From assembly GCF_001194135.2 (NCBI RefSeq), contig NC_068997.1, positions 10,775,301 through 10,838,869 of the forward strand: a stretch of 63,569 nucleotides of DNA, given 5' to 3'. Each line of letters starts with the position of its first letter. The stretch's first letter is position 1. The notes under the pieces were generated by a model. The model worked only from the letters and a program-made list of their open reading frames with translations, made no database searches and was not told the DNA's origin. This document shows, piece by piece, positions 1 to 12,204 of the stretch. Both the position numbers and the translations under genes were made by a program. This DNA is from Octopus bimaculoides. Lineage: Eukaryota.

Positions 1-33
<33 letters not shown>

Positions 34-62
34 TCTGTCTGTCTGTCTGTCTATCTATCTAT
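1..62. repeat. (AT)n plus (TCTG)/(TCTA) microsatellite
   Basis: Directly visible simple repeats at the window start. Confidence 0.95.
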
Positions 63-935
63 ATATGTACACATATACATACATTTACTCATATAGGTGC
101 AAGTATGTATGCATATAATAATCACACTTTAGTAATGCATTATTTGTATTGAGATTCTGTGTATATCATCATATGCCAAAAAGTTCGATAACGGAAATAT
201 CTGCTGTTTCATTGTCAGTACAGTAATCTTAGCTATGAAACATTAAAGAAAAAACAGTCCAAAATAAAATATAAAAACAACGAAAGAAAATAGAAGTAAA
301 AATACCACTTTTCTAAATAGTGAAGGAATCTTCATAATAAAAACCTTGAATTACTTTTATGTCTTTATTTGCTCAATGATATAGTTGTCTGCGACCGAGA
401 AGAAATCTATGTATCAAATTGGCAGCTTCTGTCACAAACACTTCATGTTCTGAAAGATTCCGTTGTCGTCAAACAATGCTATTCACCATATTTGATTATT
501 ATGCTATGAAGTTATAAAGAGAACCAACATTTTTTTCTGACGCAACAGTATTGCTACTTCTATTCTGTACAGCATCAATGCATTCAGACCTTTGACACTT
601 AAATCCAACATACCTTTATTGATTCTCGAAATGGGCGTGTAACAAGCTTTTCCGATCTTTCTCATCTTTGAATATCGATCTATTTTCTTTGAAGTTCACC
701 TATTAGTGAAAACTGCCTGTAACATGTTAACAAGTGATTTATTACACTTTACGTAATGGTATCTTGTATAAATTCTTGTTATAATGCTAAATTGAGACTT
801 CCTGCAAGTTATCGTAGATATCTTAAAAGGAACATTATATAATATCACTAATTTATAGACATGTTTTCTAAAATCTCAATTAAAATAGCAATTACTCTGA
901 CCCTTTATGCTTTCAAATACATGTCTCACTCATTC

Positions 936-1005
936 ACTCTCTCTCTCTTTCTTTCTCTCTCTTTCTTTCTCTCTCTTTCTTTCTCTCTCTTTCTTTCTCT
1001 CTCTT

Positions 1006-1037
<32 letters not shown>
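936..1037. repeat. (CT)n/(CTTT)n polypyrimidine microsatellite
   Basis: Directly visible; produces the LSLSF ORF 861..1184. Confidence 0.95.
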
Positions 1038-1042
<5 letters not shown>

Positions 1043-1239
1043 AACTCATTCTCTCCTTTATGTGTGTTTGTGTGGGCGTACGCCTGTGTTCACAAGCAAA
1101 TATGTGTATATCTTTGTATGTTTATACACAGATATCTTTATCTCTAAAGTTGAAGAAGTGACAGACACTATCAAATACATATAGAGGGGGTTACTAAATT
1201 GTGTAAATTTCATGAACCAATCTAAGAAAATGCTTAACG

Positions 1240-1274
1240 TGTATGTATGTATACATACATACATATATATATAC

Positions 1275-1336
<62 letters not shown>

Positions 1337-1390
1337 TTATATATATATATACACGTGTGTGTGTGTGTGTGTGTGTATGTGTGTGAATAT
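1240..1390. repeat. Compound (AT)n/(GT)n microsatellite
   Basis: Directly visible. Confidence 0.95.
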
Positions 1391-1669
1391 GTTTAATATA
1401 TGTGTTATTAACTTAAATGTTTTGCTTGAGTGATTCACAACCGCCTGTATTTATCCTGATGTGGTTAAACATGTCATATAACCAAATAACTGAAGTCGAC
1501 AATAAACATAAAGGGTGAATAGAAAAGTTCAATGACAACCACGCATTTCCTTCTTTTCTGGAATTCCAATAGTCATGAAAATATGATTAAGTTAATATTT
1601 AACTTTCTGTGAAGCAAATCTGAAAAGAATATCCGCTGGAATTGTGAGGAAGCAAGTAATAATCGACTC

Positions 1670-1935
1670 CGGTGCTTAACTGCTACTTATTTTGGCGACC
1701 AGGAAATGATGAAAGACAAAGTCGACCTCAGCGGAATTTGAACGCAGAAGGAAATAAGGAATATAGGTTTCAGGTTTTGGTACAAAACCAGCAATTTCGG
1801 GGGAAGGGTCTAAATCGACTGGACCGACTCAGAACTTATTTTATCGACTGTGAAAAGCAAAGTCGACCACGGCGGTCGAAATGCCGTCAAGCATATTTTT
1901 CCGGCGTGTTAACAAATCTGTCAGCTTGTCGCTTT
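1670..1935 (-). mobile_element. Two tandem degraded copies of SINE family A
   Basis: Reverse-strand matches to the 44098/55831 copies: 'gatgaaagacaaagtcgacctcagcggaatttgaac' and 'aagcaaagtcgaccacggcgg...tctgtcagcttgtcgctt'. Confidence 0.75.
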
Positions 1936-3717
1936 AAGGAAACAAGAAATGTTAGCGTTTAAATATTTTCATTTAACTTTTCATAGAAATTATTGGAAAT
2001 GTATATAATTAATATTTAAGATGGATCAAGATACATCTGCATAGGTTTCATATCAGATGTTTCTACGGTCCCTTATATCCCAATATTATTATGTCAGCTG
2101 TTTTATATGATTTATACAAAATTTATTCTATTTATTCTAAGATTAATATTATCTCTTGGGTTAATAAAATATTTGTATTAAAAAATCTATTCTATATGCA
2201 AAGGTATTTTACTCGTACAAAACAGCAATTCACTTTATATATCAATAATTTTATGCAAGTATATACATTTAGTTTCCTTTTCTCTCTGTACAAATATACA
2301 CAAGAAACACACATCGTTTATATAAGTTTCGCTATAATGTATTTAATATTTGCTGCCCCTATAACACCTTCAAATACTGTGAGATATATTGGAAATAAAT
2401 AGCAATGGATAGTGTATTTAATGACTAAATCCAGTCTGCAAATAGGGCGAGATTAGCTTTTATGTTCACGCTATGATTGGAAAGCTTCTCTTGATGGAGC
2501 ACGTCTTCTATGCTATTCCAATATATTTGTTTAATAAATAATCATTGTAGGTATCTAAGAATGTGACTTTGTCAATGCTACTCGGTTATGCGGTTGGCAT
2601 AAACAGCTTTGTATGTGTTTATATAGTTGATTAGGTTCTCGCAAGCCAAGTGTTTTCATAATAAATTTGGAGATTATTCAAGGTTTTATCACAATCATGC
2701 TGAACTAAGAAGTTTTCTATTAACTAAGATCTGAAATCTTTATAATAATACAGCCTATGTTTGACGGTAGTTTCGCTCAGTTTGATTGGCAAATATTATG
2801 GTCAGCCGAAATGTCATAGTTGCACTAGTGAATAAGTTTCAGTGCGAATATTAGATATAAATTCTATAACAGCTATTATGCTTTCTTACTGCACTATTTA
2901 ACTGGTGTCCAGAACACTTATTAACTTTTCTTTATTTACTGCCCTCGAATACATTTTCCTGGCAAGAACTAATATATCATTATTTTATTAAGCTACTCAA
3001 GTGGGTGTAAGGGTAAATAAAGAAGTAATGAAGTGTGAAAGGCTGAAAGAACATTCTTTTTTAAGTTATTGGAATTTGCTAATTGATAATATTTCTATTA
3101 ACGTTTGCAAAGAACTCGGCTCAAGTGCTTTCGTCTACGTTCTGAGAAAAACTTTAATTATTTTAAACGATTCATTAAGTTTTATAAGGAGAATGGAAAC
3201 TGGGCGTATGGTTCGTATATCAGTCTAGCAGTCAAATATTCATACATCAGCTGCAGTGCTCTATGACCGCAGTATTTAATTTAACAACTTATAAAGGGAA
3301 ACTTTATGTAAATCGCGTGTACTTAGGTAGCTTACAGTACTGAGTTCAAACACTGTCTATGGAATAAGAAAAAAACATATGCAATAAATGAACAATGAAT
3401 GAGATGAGATATCCACTGCACTGAACGTATGTCCTATTCGTGGTTACTTCACATGCTAGAAATTACAGTCAAATGTCCACAAAATCAAACATTGCCATTT
3501 CCAATAAATAAAATCAAGGGCATGTTGGATAATATAAACTGATACACAGCATTTCTAAAAGGACCAGTTAGTCACTGATATAACGACTTTGGTAATAAAT
3601 CTGATTGGGATTGAATGGAGGTTGAAGACTACCAACAACAGACATAAATGCACTAAGTTACCTGTCCAAATACGAAAATGTCGCTCAATTCGTCAGTATT
3701 ATTAAGTATGTAATATA

Positions 3718-3925
3718 AAGCGACGCGCTGGCAGAACCGTTAGCACGCCGGGCAAAATACTTAGGAACAATTCGTCAGTCTTTACTTTCAAATTCCGCCG
3801 AAATTGACTTTGCCTTTCATCGTCTGGGTCGATAAAAAAGTACCAGTTGAGCAGTGGGGTCGATATAATCGACATATTCTCTTCCCTGATGTTACCCAAC
3901 CGTGTGTCGAAATTTGAAATCATTA
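3718..3925 (+). mobile_element. tRNA-derived SINE, family A (GGCGGCGAGCTGGCAGAA head)
   Basis: 'aagcgacgcgctggcagaaccgttagcacgccgggc...ttcaaattccgccgaaattgactttgcctttcatc...ggggtcgat...tttgaaatcatt'; aligns by eye with the other family A copies. Confidence 0.85.
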
Positions 3926-4224
3926 TTAAATCTGAAATAAACTTCACTCAATTTTGCCCAATTAAAATATGTACACAAAGTAATACCACCAACTCGTGTT
4001 TTGGTTCTTTTCGCGATGTTCACACTTATACCCAGTCAGGTATTGATCGCAGTATATTTGGATCGGGCATCAGTCTCTCGCACACCTGACAGGAATTCCA
4101 TACATCATGGAGAATGATGCTACTTCCCCAAACAAACTTATCAAAATAAACCCCAATCACTACGCACTGAAACAAAATAATATTGAATTATAAAAAATTA
4201 TAATGTCATATTTTATATTATAAC

Positions 4225-4400
4225 ACTATGTGATTAAGCTTAGCACGAGTACTTAAAAAAAAACTTGGCTTTTCTCTCATAAGGTATCGGGTTCGATCCT
4301 ACTGTGTGGTGCCGTGGAGAAACCGTTTAGTTTTTATCTACTTCGGTTCATTCCGACCATTGTGAATGAAGCCGGATACAAACTTGACGTATTTTACAGT
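4225..4400 (+). mobile_element. Degraded tRNA-derived SINE head
   Basis: B-box-like 'gggttcgatcc' followed by 'tactgtgtggtgcc'. Confidence 0.45.
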
Positions 4401-5029
4401 ATTTCGATTATTAGGTTTGTTTAATTTACAAAAAAGGGATGCTATGGATATATGTACGCATATTAAAAGTCAAATTTTAAGTCCCTAATATCCAGGGCTG
4501 TATTTTGGCTGTCTAATATTGTTATTAGGTTTAATAAAGAATTTAGGTAATATAAAAACAAAATTTTATCACATGCGCATGTTATTCATGCGAAAGAGCA
4601 ACTTGTCTTATGTGTGAATCTAATGTGGCTGAAATGCAAAGCTTCTCCTTTGTGACATAATGTCCTGGCTTACGATTTCATGATTATGTTAAAGGAATCT
4701 ATGAGATAACCAACCAATTAGACGTCAATTTAACGAGTGTCTCGCTCAGTTGCTTAAACATTTGAATACGCATGGTCGAAACAGCATGATGCCCACCAAT
4801 AATTTAGATATTTCTCTATTGTAATCTGTTCCTGCTATATTCTAGTCGGTCATCTGTCTTAACATAGATGCAGAGACGGGTAAATGGATGTCCACCAGTT
4901 TCGCTAATGAATAATCCAAGTGATCCACTTCTTCATTGAATTAGAGTGCAAGCTGTTGACTATTGCATATGCATGTGCACCGTTAATGTAACATAATGCG
5001 AAATTAGCATCACGCAGTGTACAACAATT

Positions 5030-5215
5030 CTAGCGCTGTGGGTTATAGGTAATGTATGCAATAGGCTGGCACACGGGTTCTAATTGCTCACTTTAAACCT
5101 TAAGGCATAGACCGTCTCTAGACTAATGTGAAACACGTCCGGGCAAAGTGCCACGTAGTGTAGCTGAACATGGGATTTTGTGATTGCGAAGCAAACTCCG
5201 TTTATATATAATGGG
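5030..5215 (-). mobile_element. Degraded 5' half of SINE family B
   Basis: 'gggcaaagtgccacgtagtgtagctgaacatggga...gtgattgcgaagcaaactcc' parallels the 41345-41498 copy. Confidence 0.55.
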
Positions 5216-5409
5216 CTCATGCAGTGTCCATTTCACACACGCATACACACACATACCCCAACTTATGCACACACCTATATATAGTTATGAATGTTTTACA
5301 GAAACATTATCCTAAAATACAATAATATACTATATTATCATTGAAAAAGAAATTCGCAAAATAAATCAATAATACAAATAATATTAATATCAAAATACCA
5401 TTTTCTTAC

Positions 5410-5509
5410 ATCCTGGGACTAACAACATATCTTTCTAGCATCAGGTCACCAATTTCCAAGTTAATTTCCATGGCGTTTTCTAATTGCTTCCTATTGATAA
5501 TTAAATTAT
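5410..5509 (-). CDS. Candidate internal exon (E5 of chain): xNLIINRKQLENAMEINLEIGDLMLERYVVSPR
   Basis: Strong acceptor 'gcttcttccttttatttctag|' and donor 'AT|gtaaga'; 100 nt; only one frame open (phase 1 in, 2 out). No homologue recognised. Confidence 0.45.
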
Positions 5510-6165
5510 CTAGAAATAAAAGGAAGAAGCAGTATTCATAAAGTAAAAGAAGATTTTTTTCTCTCACATCCTCTTCCTGTCTCCCTCGCTTAATTACATT
5601 ATAAAGTAATTTGATTATAAGAGATTTTTAAGAAGTTAGATTTCATTAGAAATAGTAACGTTGCTATACTTCAGGAAGGCTAGTATTATCTCATAAAAGA
5701 AAATTAGCTGTCTTTGTTTAATGAAATACAAATGAAGTTTGATTTTATCTCTCCCTCTAAGATGTGAATCTTTCAAAGTTTTCAGTATGAGATAATCACC
5801 CCGATAACATTTGCGTCACATGTTATGTAAAATAACTTCAAACGGGAATTTTAATTGTGTTACGAACTCAGCTGACCGAAAGAATAAAAAAAAAAAAGTT
5901 GTCTGTGGTATACATGCCATTGATAGAGATATTTCGGGTTCAAGGATGTCGAACGATTTACAAATATAAAATGTTGAAACTGTCAAACAGTTAGGTCCCC
6001 GAGACTTCACAATTCCACCACCCGTTATAAAAGTTACTTTTCATCATATTTACATGGATGGTTAAGGCCTAATTCAGGGATAAATCGGGAAGATCTATGG
6101 GTAAAAACACGAGACATCCAGGATCGCATTATTCTCCATCTCTTATAAGCGGTCGTGTGCCATAC

Positions 6166-6260
6166 GGAAATGCTGTTGATGGATAACCTTTTGATGTCGC
6201 CTGATCGAATTGATCATTCTTTTATTAGCATTCTCGGATTTATAATTTTGAAATATTACA
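6166..6260 (-). CDS. Candidate internal exon (E4): VIFQNYKSENANKRMINSIRRHQKVIHQQHF
   Basis: Acceptor 'tcgtatttccttcatcag|', donor 'C|gtatgg'; 95 nt, phase 2 in and 1 out, compatible with its neighbours. Confidence 0.35.
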
Positions 6261-7566
6261 CTGATGAAGGAAATACGAATGGGTAATATATTTTACACCT
6301 CGTTAACCTAGAACCGCGTGGGTAATTAATAAAAGTCGGGTAGATTCGTTAGTTTTTTCCTTTATTACCTTTGTGGTTTGTGAGTGATGCTGTTTTGGGA
6401 GTCGTGTGTTTGGTAGAGAAATAGTAGTTTTGGCTGCTATTTCTAATTTTCGATGTGTGATGAAGTAATACTTGCTGAACCCTAAATTTTAAATATATAT
6501 ATATAAACAACTTGTAGATAGTATATACTAACACTGAAATACATTTTAAAAATTATTCTAATGCCTTGTATAAACTTCTTGTTTTTGCCGCTTGAAAATA
6601 AATATTAATGGTTTCTTAGTACGAAAATACAAAAAGGTGTCCAGAGTAGCAATTACATGTTTTTGGCTAATTCTCTAAGATGACGAGAGACATTGCGATT
6701 GCAAAATGTACTCAATACAGGCTAAATCAGGTAGTTAAGGAAATGAAAACAGTAGAACATAAATTATTGCTGTAGTTATTGGTATTTAGCTGCATATAAT
6801 TTCTGATGGAGAATACGTATAATTAATGTTGCTACAACCATTAGTATGTCATTGTGGTATGGTTTAACAACTGTACATGGTCTTTTAGTATCATTATCAA
6901 AGAAGATATATTTGCAAGCGTTCCGACCAGGTACTCGGTTTTCCTGTTTAGTAAGTCATTCAAATATACCATAAGAGTTCCGTTTCTTTGACTCATAATG
7001 TCGTAAAAAAGGCAATGTATCAAAAATTAGATATTATTTAATGTACACCTTCCTGTTTTATGACACTAGACTATGATTTGAGGGAAATTTGGTTATTAAT
7101 TCTAGCAACGAAAAAAGACTGTTGTTCGTGCTGCTTGTGAGATAAATCATTTTTGATATAATATTTTAATATATAATATTATATAAAATATATATTATTA
7201 TCCATAATTTAATATATAAGTTTATTCCATAAAGTTTTCTTAAATTTTATTTCGAACATAAAAGGAAGTACTCATAAAACATTAAAGTAACGAATAGATT
7301 GTTAAAATATTGAATCAACTAGTGTAGAGGAAATATATAACGCATATATATAGTTTGTTCAATAGACGCACAGTCTCAAAGGATTGATAGAAAACAAATA
7401 TTGCTTAACTATGAAAAACATGAGTTATATATAGTTATATTTCAGAATAGAATCTGGTCATAGTTTGTAAACAGTAAAAGTTTCTATTGTAGTAACCGCT
7501 AACAATTGCCGTGTGGGTGGATCTTATTAGCTCGTTGGAAATTCAAAACTATGCAGTTTGAATCAC

Positions 7567-7627
7567 CTGTCCATGACCATTGACGGTGTAGCAAAATCGA
7601 GAAAGAAGAATCGCCTCCAGTACTTCG
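7567..7627 (-). CDS. Candidate internal exon (E3): KYWRRFFFLDFATPSMVMD
   Basis: Upstream pyrimidine tract 'ttttcttttgttcttcc...catcag|', donor 'CAG|gtgatt'; 61 nt, phase 1 in and 2 out. Confidence 0.3.
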
Positions 7628-8025
7628 CTGATGCGTCATAATTCCAGGAAGAACAAAAGAAAATATTTCATCTAAGTAGGATTTGAACTCAGGGTGACAA
7701 AGAAAGAAACACAGGTAATATTGAAACCAAGGCGCTTTCAAGTCTACCAGTTTATTGCAAAATGAGTCGCAAGCTAAATAAAAATATCGATAATGCGAGA
7801 GTGTAGTATAGAAACATTTTACATCTCTTAAAACAAGAGCATTTAAAACTAGTACTTATGTTTGTTGACATCGATATTTCGTTTGCTTATGGCAATTTCT
7901 TACCAAGTTCAAGCCTAGTTGGAGTTGTTTTCCCTCCTCCTGGTATATACTGAAGTGGATGTAATCACATATATACCATCTGCTTATTTACGTCCTTGAA
8001 AGGACGTATTTAGTCAATATAGTAA

Positions 8026-8109
8026 GAGTGCTAGATACCAACATAATTAGAGTGCTAGATATCAACATAATTAAAGTGCTTTAGGTCAACATAATTAGAG
8101 TGCTAAATA
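8026..8109. repeat. 24-bp minisatellite x3.5 (gagtgctagataycaacataatta)
   Basis: Units start at 8026, 8050, 8074 and 8098 (last one partial). Confidence 0.9.
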
Positions 8110-8257
8110 TAGACATATCATATTCAGAAGCCGGTTCTAATTTGAATAAAAATTCATTTTATTTTCGCCTTTACAACTGATGGAAAAGACACAGATAGCA
8201 AACCACTGCATTTCTGCTCTTATTCCAATTATAGTGCTTTTGTGCAGATAAGTGAAA

Positions 8258-8294
<37 letters not shown>

Positions 8295-8350
8295 TGTTGG
8301 CCAGTTCAACCATTGTCAGACTGCAGTGCATTAACGTTAGTCATGCCTTA

Positions 8351-8392
<42 letters not shown>

Positions 8393-8544
8393 CAAGCTAC
8401 GTGGACAGTCCGGACTCAGACTTTAAAGGCAAATAGCGGTGAATGATCCATGTATCTTGTTTTTTCTTGTTTTCCCTTGTTCTTTTGTCCGCATATTGCA
8501 TTTTGACGGTTTCCGTTTGTTGTGTTTCTTCTGGTCTACCTTTG

Positions 8545-8613
8545 ATACATACATACATACATATATATGAATATATATATATATATGTATATATGTGTGT
8601 ATATATACATAAT

Positions 8614-8660
<47 letters not shown>

Positions 8661-8761
8661 GCAAGTATATATGAATGTCTATATACGCATGTATATATGT
8701 ACATATGCCTGTTTATATATATGTATGCATTTATATGTGTGTGTGTATATCTATCTATCTA

Positions 8762-8804
<43 letters not shown>

Positions 8805-9004
8805 CTCCTCTCTCTCTCTCTGTGTCTCCTCTCTCTCTCTCTGTGTCTCCTCTCTCTCTCTCTCTGTATGTCTCTCTCTCTCTGTATGTCTCTCTCTCTC
8901 TGTNNNNNNNNNNNNNNNNNNNNNNNNNNNNNNNNNNNNNNNNNNNNNNNNNNNNNNNNNNNNNNNNNNNNNNNNNNNNNNNNNNNNNNNNNNNNNNNNN
9001 NNNN

Positions 9005-9046
<42 letters not shown>
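8545..9046. repeat. Compound microsatellite block (ATAC/AT/GT/CT) with N gap 8904-9004
   Basis: Directly visible. Confidence 0.95.
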
Positions 9047-12011
9047 TTAAACATAATTCGCTTTATGTAAATAGGATGATAAATTGTACAGTACTGCACT
9101 ATGTGTAAAGGATTATTTTACTTTTCTCGCCGTCCTGATCATTTCGAATCCGCGAGGATTTGACTTTGCACTTTATCACTCCAATGTCTATAAATTTATG
9201 GAAATAAAATCCCTCCGGTCGATTAAATAAACAATATCCTTCATTCTGATGAACTCAGATGTTTGTATTAAGGCAATATATTAAAATCTTCTGTAAACAT
9301 CAGAGAATATGAAGTAAGCATATAAAGTTTGCAAGTCGTTGTCAATTCCTGTTTGAAGTCAATTCCCAACTAATTGACTATTATTGCTTTTGAGGAACGA
9401 TATAAATAAGATATAAACGCCATACCACCTCATTTATACGTCGATAGTGTGGTAAGAAATAAATATTGGAAAAGTGATCGATGAATCTTTGCTCCGTACT
9501 TAAACTCATTTAGCGAAGAAGTTTTGATCGTTAAAAATTGATGTTTACTCTGGAGGTCTTACCTTAATGTTAAAATATATCAAAAAAGAAAACAAAAGAA
9601 AAGAAGTTAATGAATATGGCAAACAATTTTACAGCTAATGGCATAGAATAATTCTCAGTGTTCCTAAATACGGACGTAAATCAGAAAGAAAATAATATGA
9701 TTTTTGAAGAAAATAAAATTTCAAGCTTCTTGGCTTATAATGTTAAGAGAAAATAAAATGATCAATATAAGTGGTATTTTTATTTTCATTTAGAGCGTTC
9801 CATATTTAGTGGAAAACGGATGTTATTGCCGACACAATTGAGGAATAAAATAGTTTTTATATTTGTATTCTCCATGTTTATATCTAATTCATACAATGAA
9901 GTGAAATTTTAGTCACCGATTCAATTAGCAATCCTGAAATCAATGTAATACATAAATACTAATAACAGTTATTAAATAATGAATGCAGTGTATCATGCGG
10001 TAAAACGTTAGATTGTTGGTATAAAAAGACAAGTTCGATTCTAGATTCTTGATTTATTTAACTTACGTTACTCACAACCTCCAGTGATTATACGCTCTTG
10101 CATTTACTGGTTTCTGTAAATTATATAGTAAATGCCTGTGATTCTACAAAACTGCTCATTAAAGGCTGTGCATTGCTCTGGTTTCAAAGTGGGGTATTTC
10201 AATATAATATATTTCAAAGAAAAGGAATTCTGAATACAGCAGGCTATTCCTTGGTTGTAAGCAAGTCATTCCTTCCATTTAACTAAACCGGAAGAAGAAA
10301 GTGAAAGTGTAATAATGAATATGAAATCGTAACTTATTGACAAACAATCAATTACTTTATCAACTCTAATATATTCTACGAATATAAGTTCTATGTGAAG
10401 CACAATATATCTACCCCAAAACGTAGTGGGTGGCGAATATGGTATGATAGCATGCCAGATGCTAAGTCATCACAACACGAAAGTTTGTGAATGTCTCGCA
10501 TTTTCATCTCAAGCAATTTGTTCTAAAATAAGCATAAAAATGTAGGAGTGTCATTCTAGCCAAGTTTGTTAAAACATGGAGGCGCTATCGGAGTAGGAGC
10601 CGCGATCTGTACGAGGCTTTAAGTATTTTGGTTTGAATTTATAAGATAGCAGATGCATTGATATTGCGTTACGAAGAGGGATGGCAAATATCAAGGCAGC
10701 CATTATGGTGATTTCTTCAATATCTATGAAGCAATCCATATTGTTCACCAGGATCACAACAATGATCCTTTCAATTAAATTATATACCCACTAGAAACTA
10801 TAAAATCATATATACAATAGTACCTGTAACATTACAACTTATAAAATCTCTTCAGTCTGAATAGCTTTAAGTGCCCTCGGTACGTCTATACTTATTACCC
10901 CCTCTTTTCGGGTTACCTTTATCTCTTCCCTACCTCAAATTTTAATCCTCTGTTTCTTTAAATGTAGGTTATATGTATTTCTTATCATTTTCTATAAATT
11001 CTTATTATTTTGCTTTCTTACTTTGATATCCTTATCTAGTAACCTCTTATCCCTTATAAATTATTACTTTTGTTAAATAGAGATTTTTCAGTTACTTACG
11101 TCGATGCTAAATGATTATACTATATCCATATAAACGTATAAATATTTGTGTATGTGTACATTTGTGCACATATATAGATATGTGCGTGTATCTGTAGACA
11201 TCTTTATTTTTATCTGATTCATGGCTTAAATTAATATATAGATAGCATGTTTGTCTTTCCAGTTATTCCATAATTAAATGCCCTGAGCAATCTTTATAGA
11301 AACCACCCAATGAATAATTAATTAAGTACATGAATGAATATTAAACTGATTCTATGCAATCTTTCCTTTCTAATGTTTAAAATTGATAAATACATACATT
11401 TTACTCATCTTGGCTATGATATCATTTTGAAAATCTTAAATTTTATTTTTATACAACATAACAATATTGTTTATAAACAACCACCCATAGTTCCCCAAGA
11501 TAAAATTTCCTATGTATTAGCATCCTAGGTTTCTTAGTGTCTTGCCCCTTTAACTGGTAATTAACATCAGGATTTAAAGTCTTCCTCTACCCAACTTCTT
11601 TTTATAGGCAGTTAGTTTATATCCAATTGACTAATCCTAATGTCATATTTCCTCCTTGAGGCAAAGAGATACATATGACAACATTTATGACCATACCTAA
11701 CCATGAGCTGTCAACTCACTCGTGCTCTTTATCCAAAACAAACACAGTCTTCTAGTCTTAGATTTAGTTGTTGATAAAGAGATAAATGATTTAGAAAGGA
11801 ATTGCAGTCCTTTATAAGCTATGATCCCAATGGGTTTCATGTGACTATTGGAATTTTCTTTTTCCTTTTATTTTTATTTTCCTCTTTTTCTTTCTGGAAT
11901 ATGCAACATAAATCAATGACTCATTATTTTTAATAATTCAAGGAGAACGGAAAATGAGCTCTGATATGTTTTGGTGCTATTATGATGTCATCAGCAAAGC
12001 TGAGAACTCAC

Positions 12012-12204
12012 CCGACCGATATAATGATGTTAAATTCATGAAAGTAAACGTGAAATACTTACACTCGTCGCCATCAACAAAATAGAATTGTTTAGCGAAT
12101 GAATAGTTCAGAGACGCCATCTGGTGAACTTGAGCATTATATCTGGTGGTATTATGCTTTAATTCAATATATTGTAAGCCTTCCTGCAATTGTGTAATTC
12201 TCCT
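12012..12204 (-). CDS. Candidate exon (E2): RRITQLQEGLQYIELKHNTTRYNAQVHQMASLNYSFAKQFYFVDGDE(CKYFTFTFMNLTSLYRS)
   Basis: Acceptor 'ttactatcttag|' at 12205; two consensus donors, GTAAGT (exon end 12063) and GTGAGT (exon end 12012), both phase 1; overlaps ORF 11980..12189. Confidence 0.35.

Noticed and set aside
7567-7627. KYWRRFFFLDF resembles the CNG/HCN channel S2-S3 motif
   Set aside because: The following exon lacks an S4 RxxRxxR pattern and there are no other transmembrane segments.
8026-8109. Regularly spaced 24-bp repeats resembling a CRISPR array
   Set aside because: No unique spacers, head-to-tail minisatellite, eukaryotic context.
8423-9108. ORFs of 93-221 aa rich in IY/LS repeats (also at 1212, 40067, 41604-41909, 53686, 57230 and elsewhere)
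   Set aside because: They are translations of dinucleotide microsatellites and N gaps, not genes.
10569-10790. Open frames on both strands (WVYNLIERII... and SVILAKFVKTWRRYRSRSRD...)
   Set aside because: No convincing pair of splice sites and not phase-compatible with the chain.
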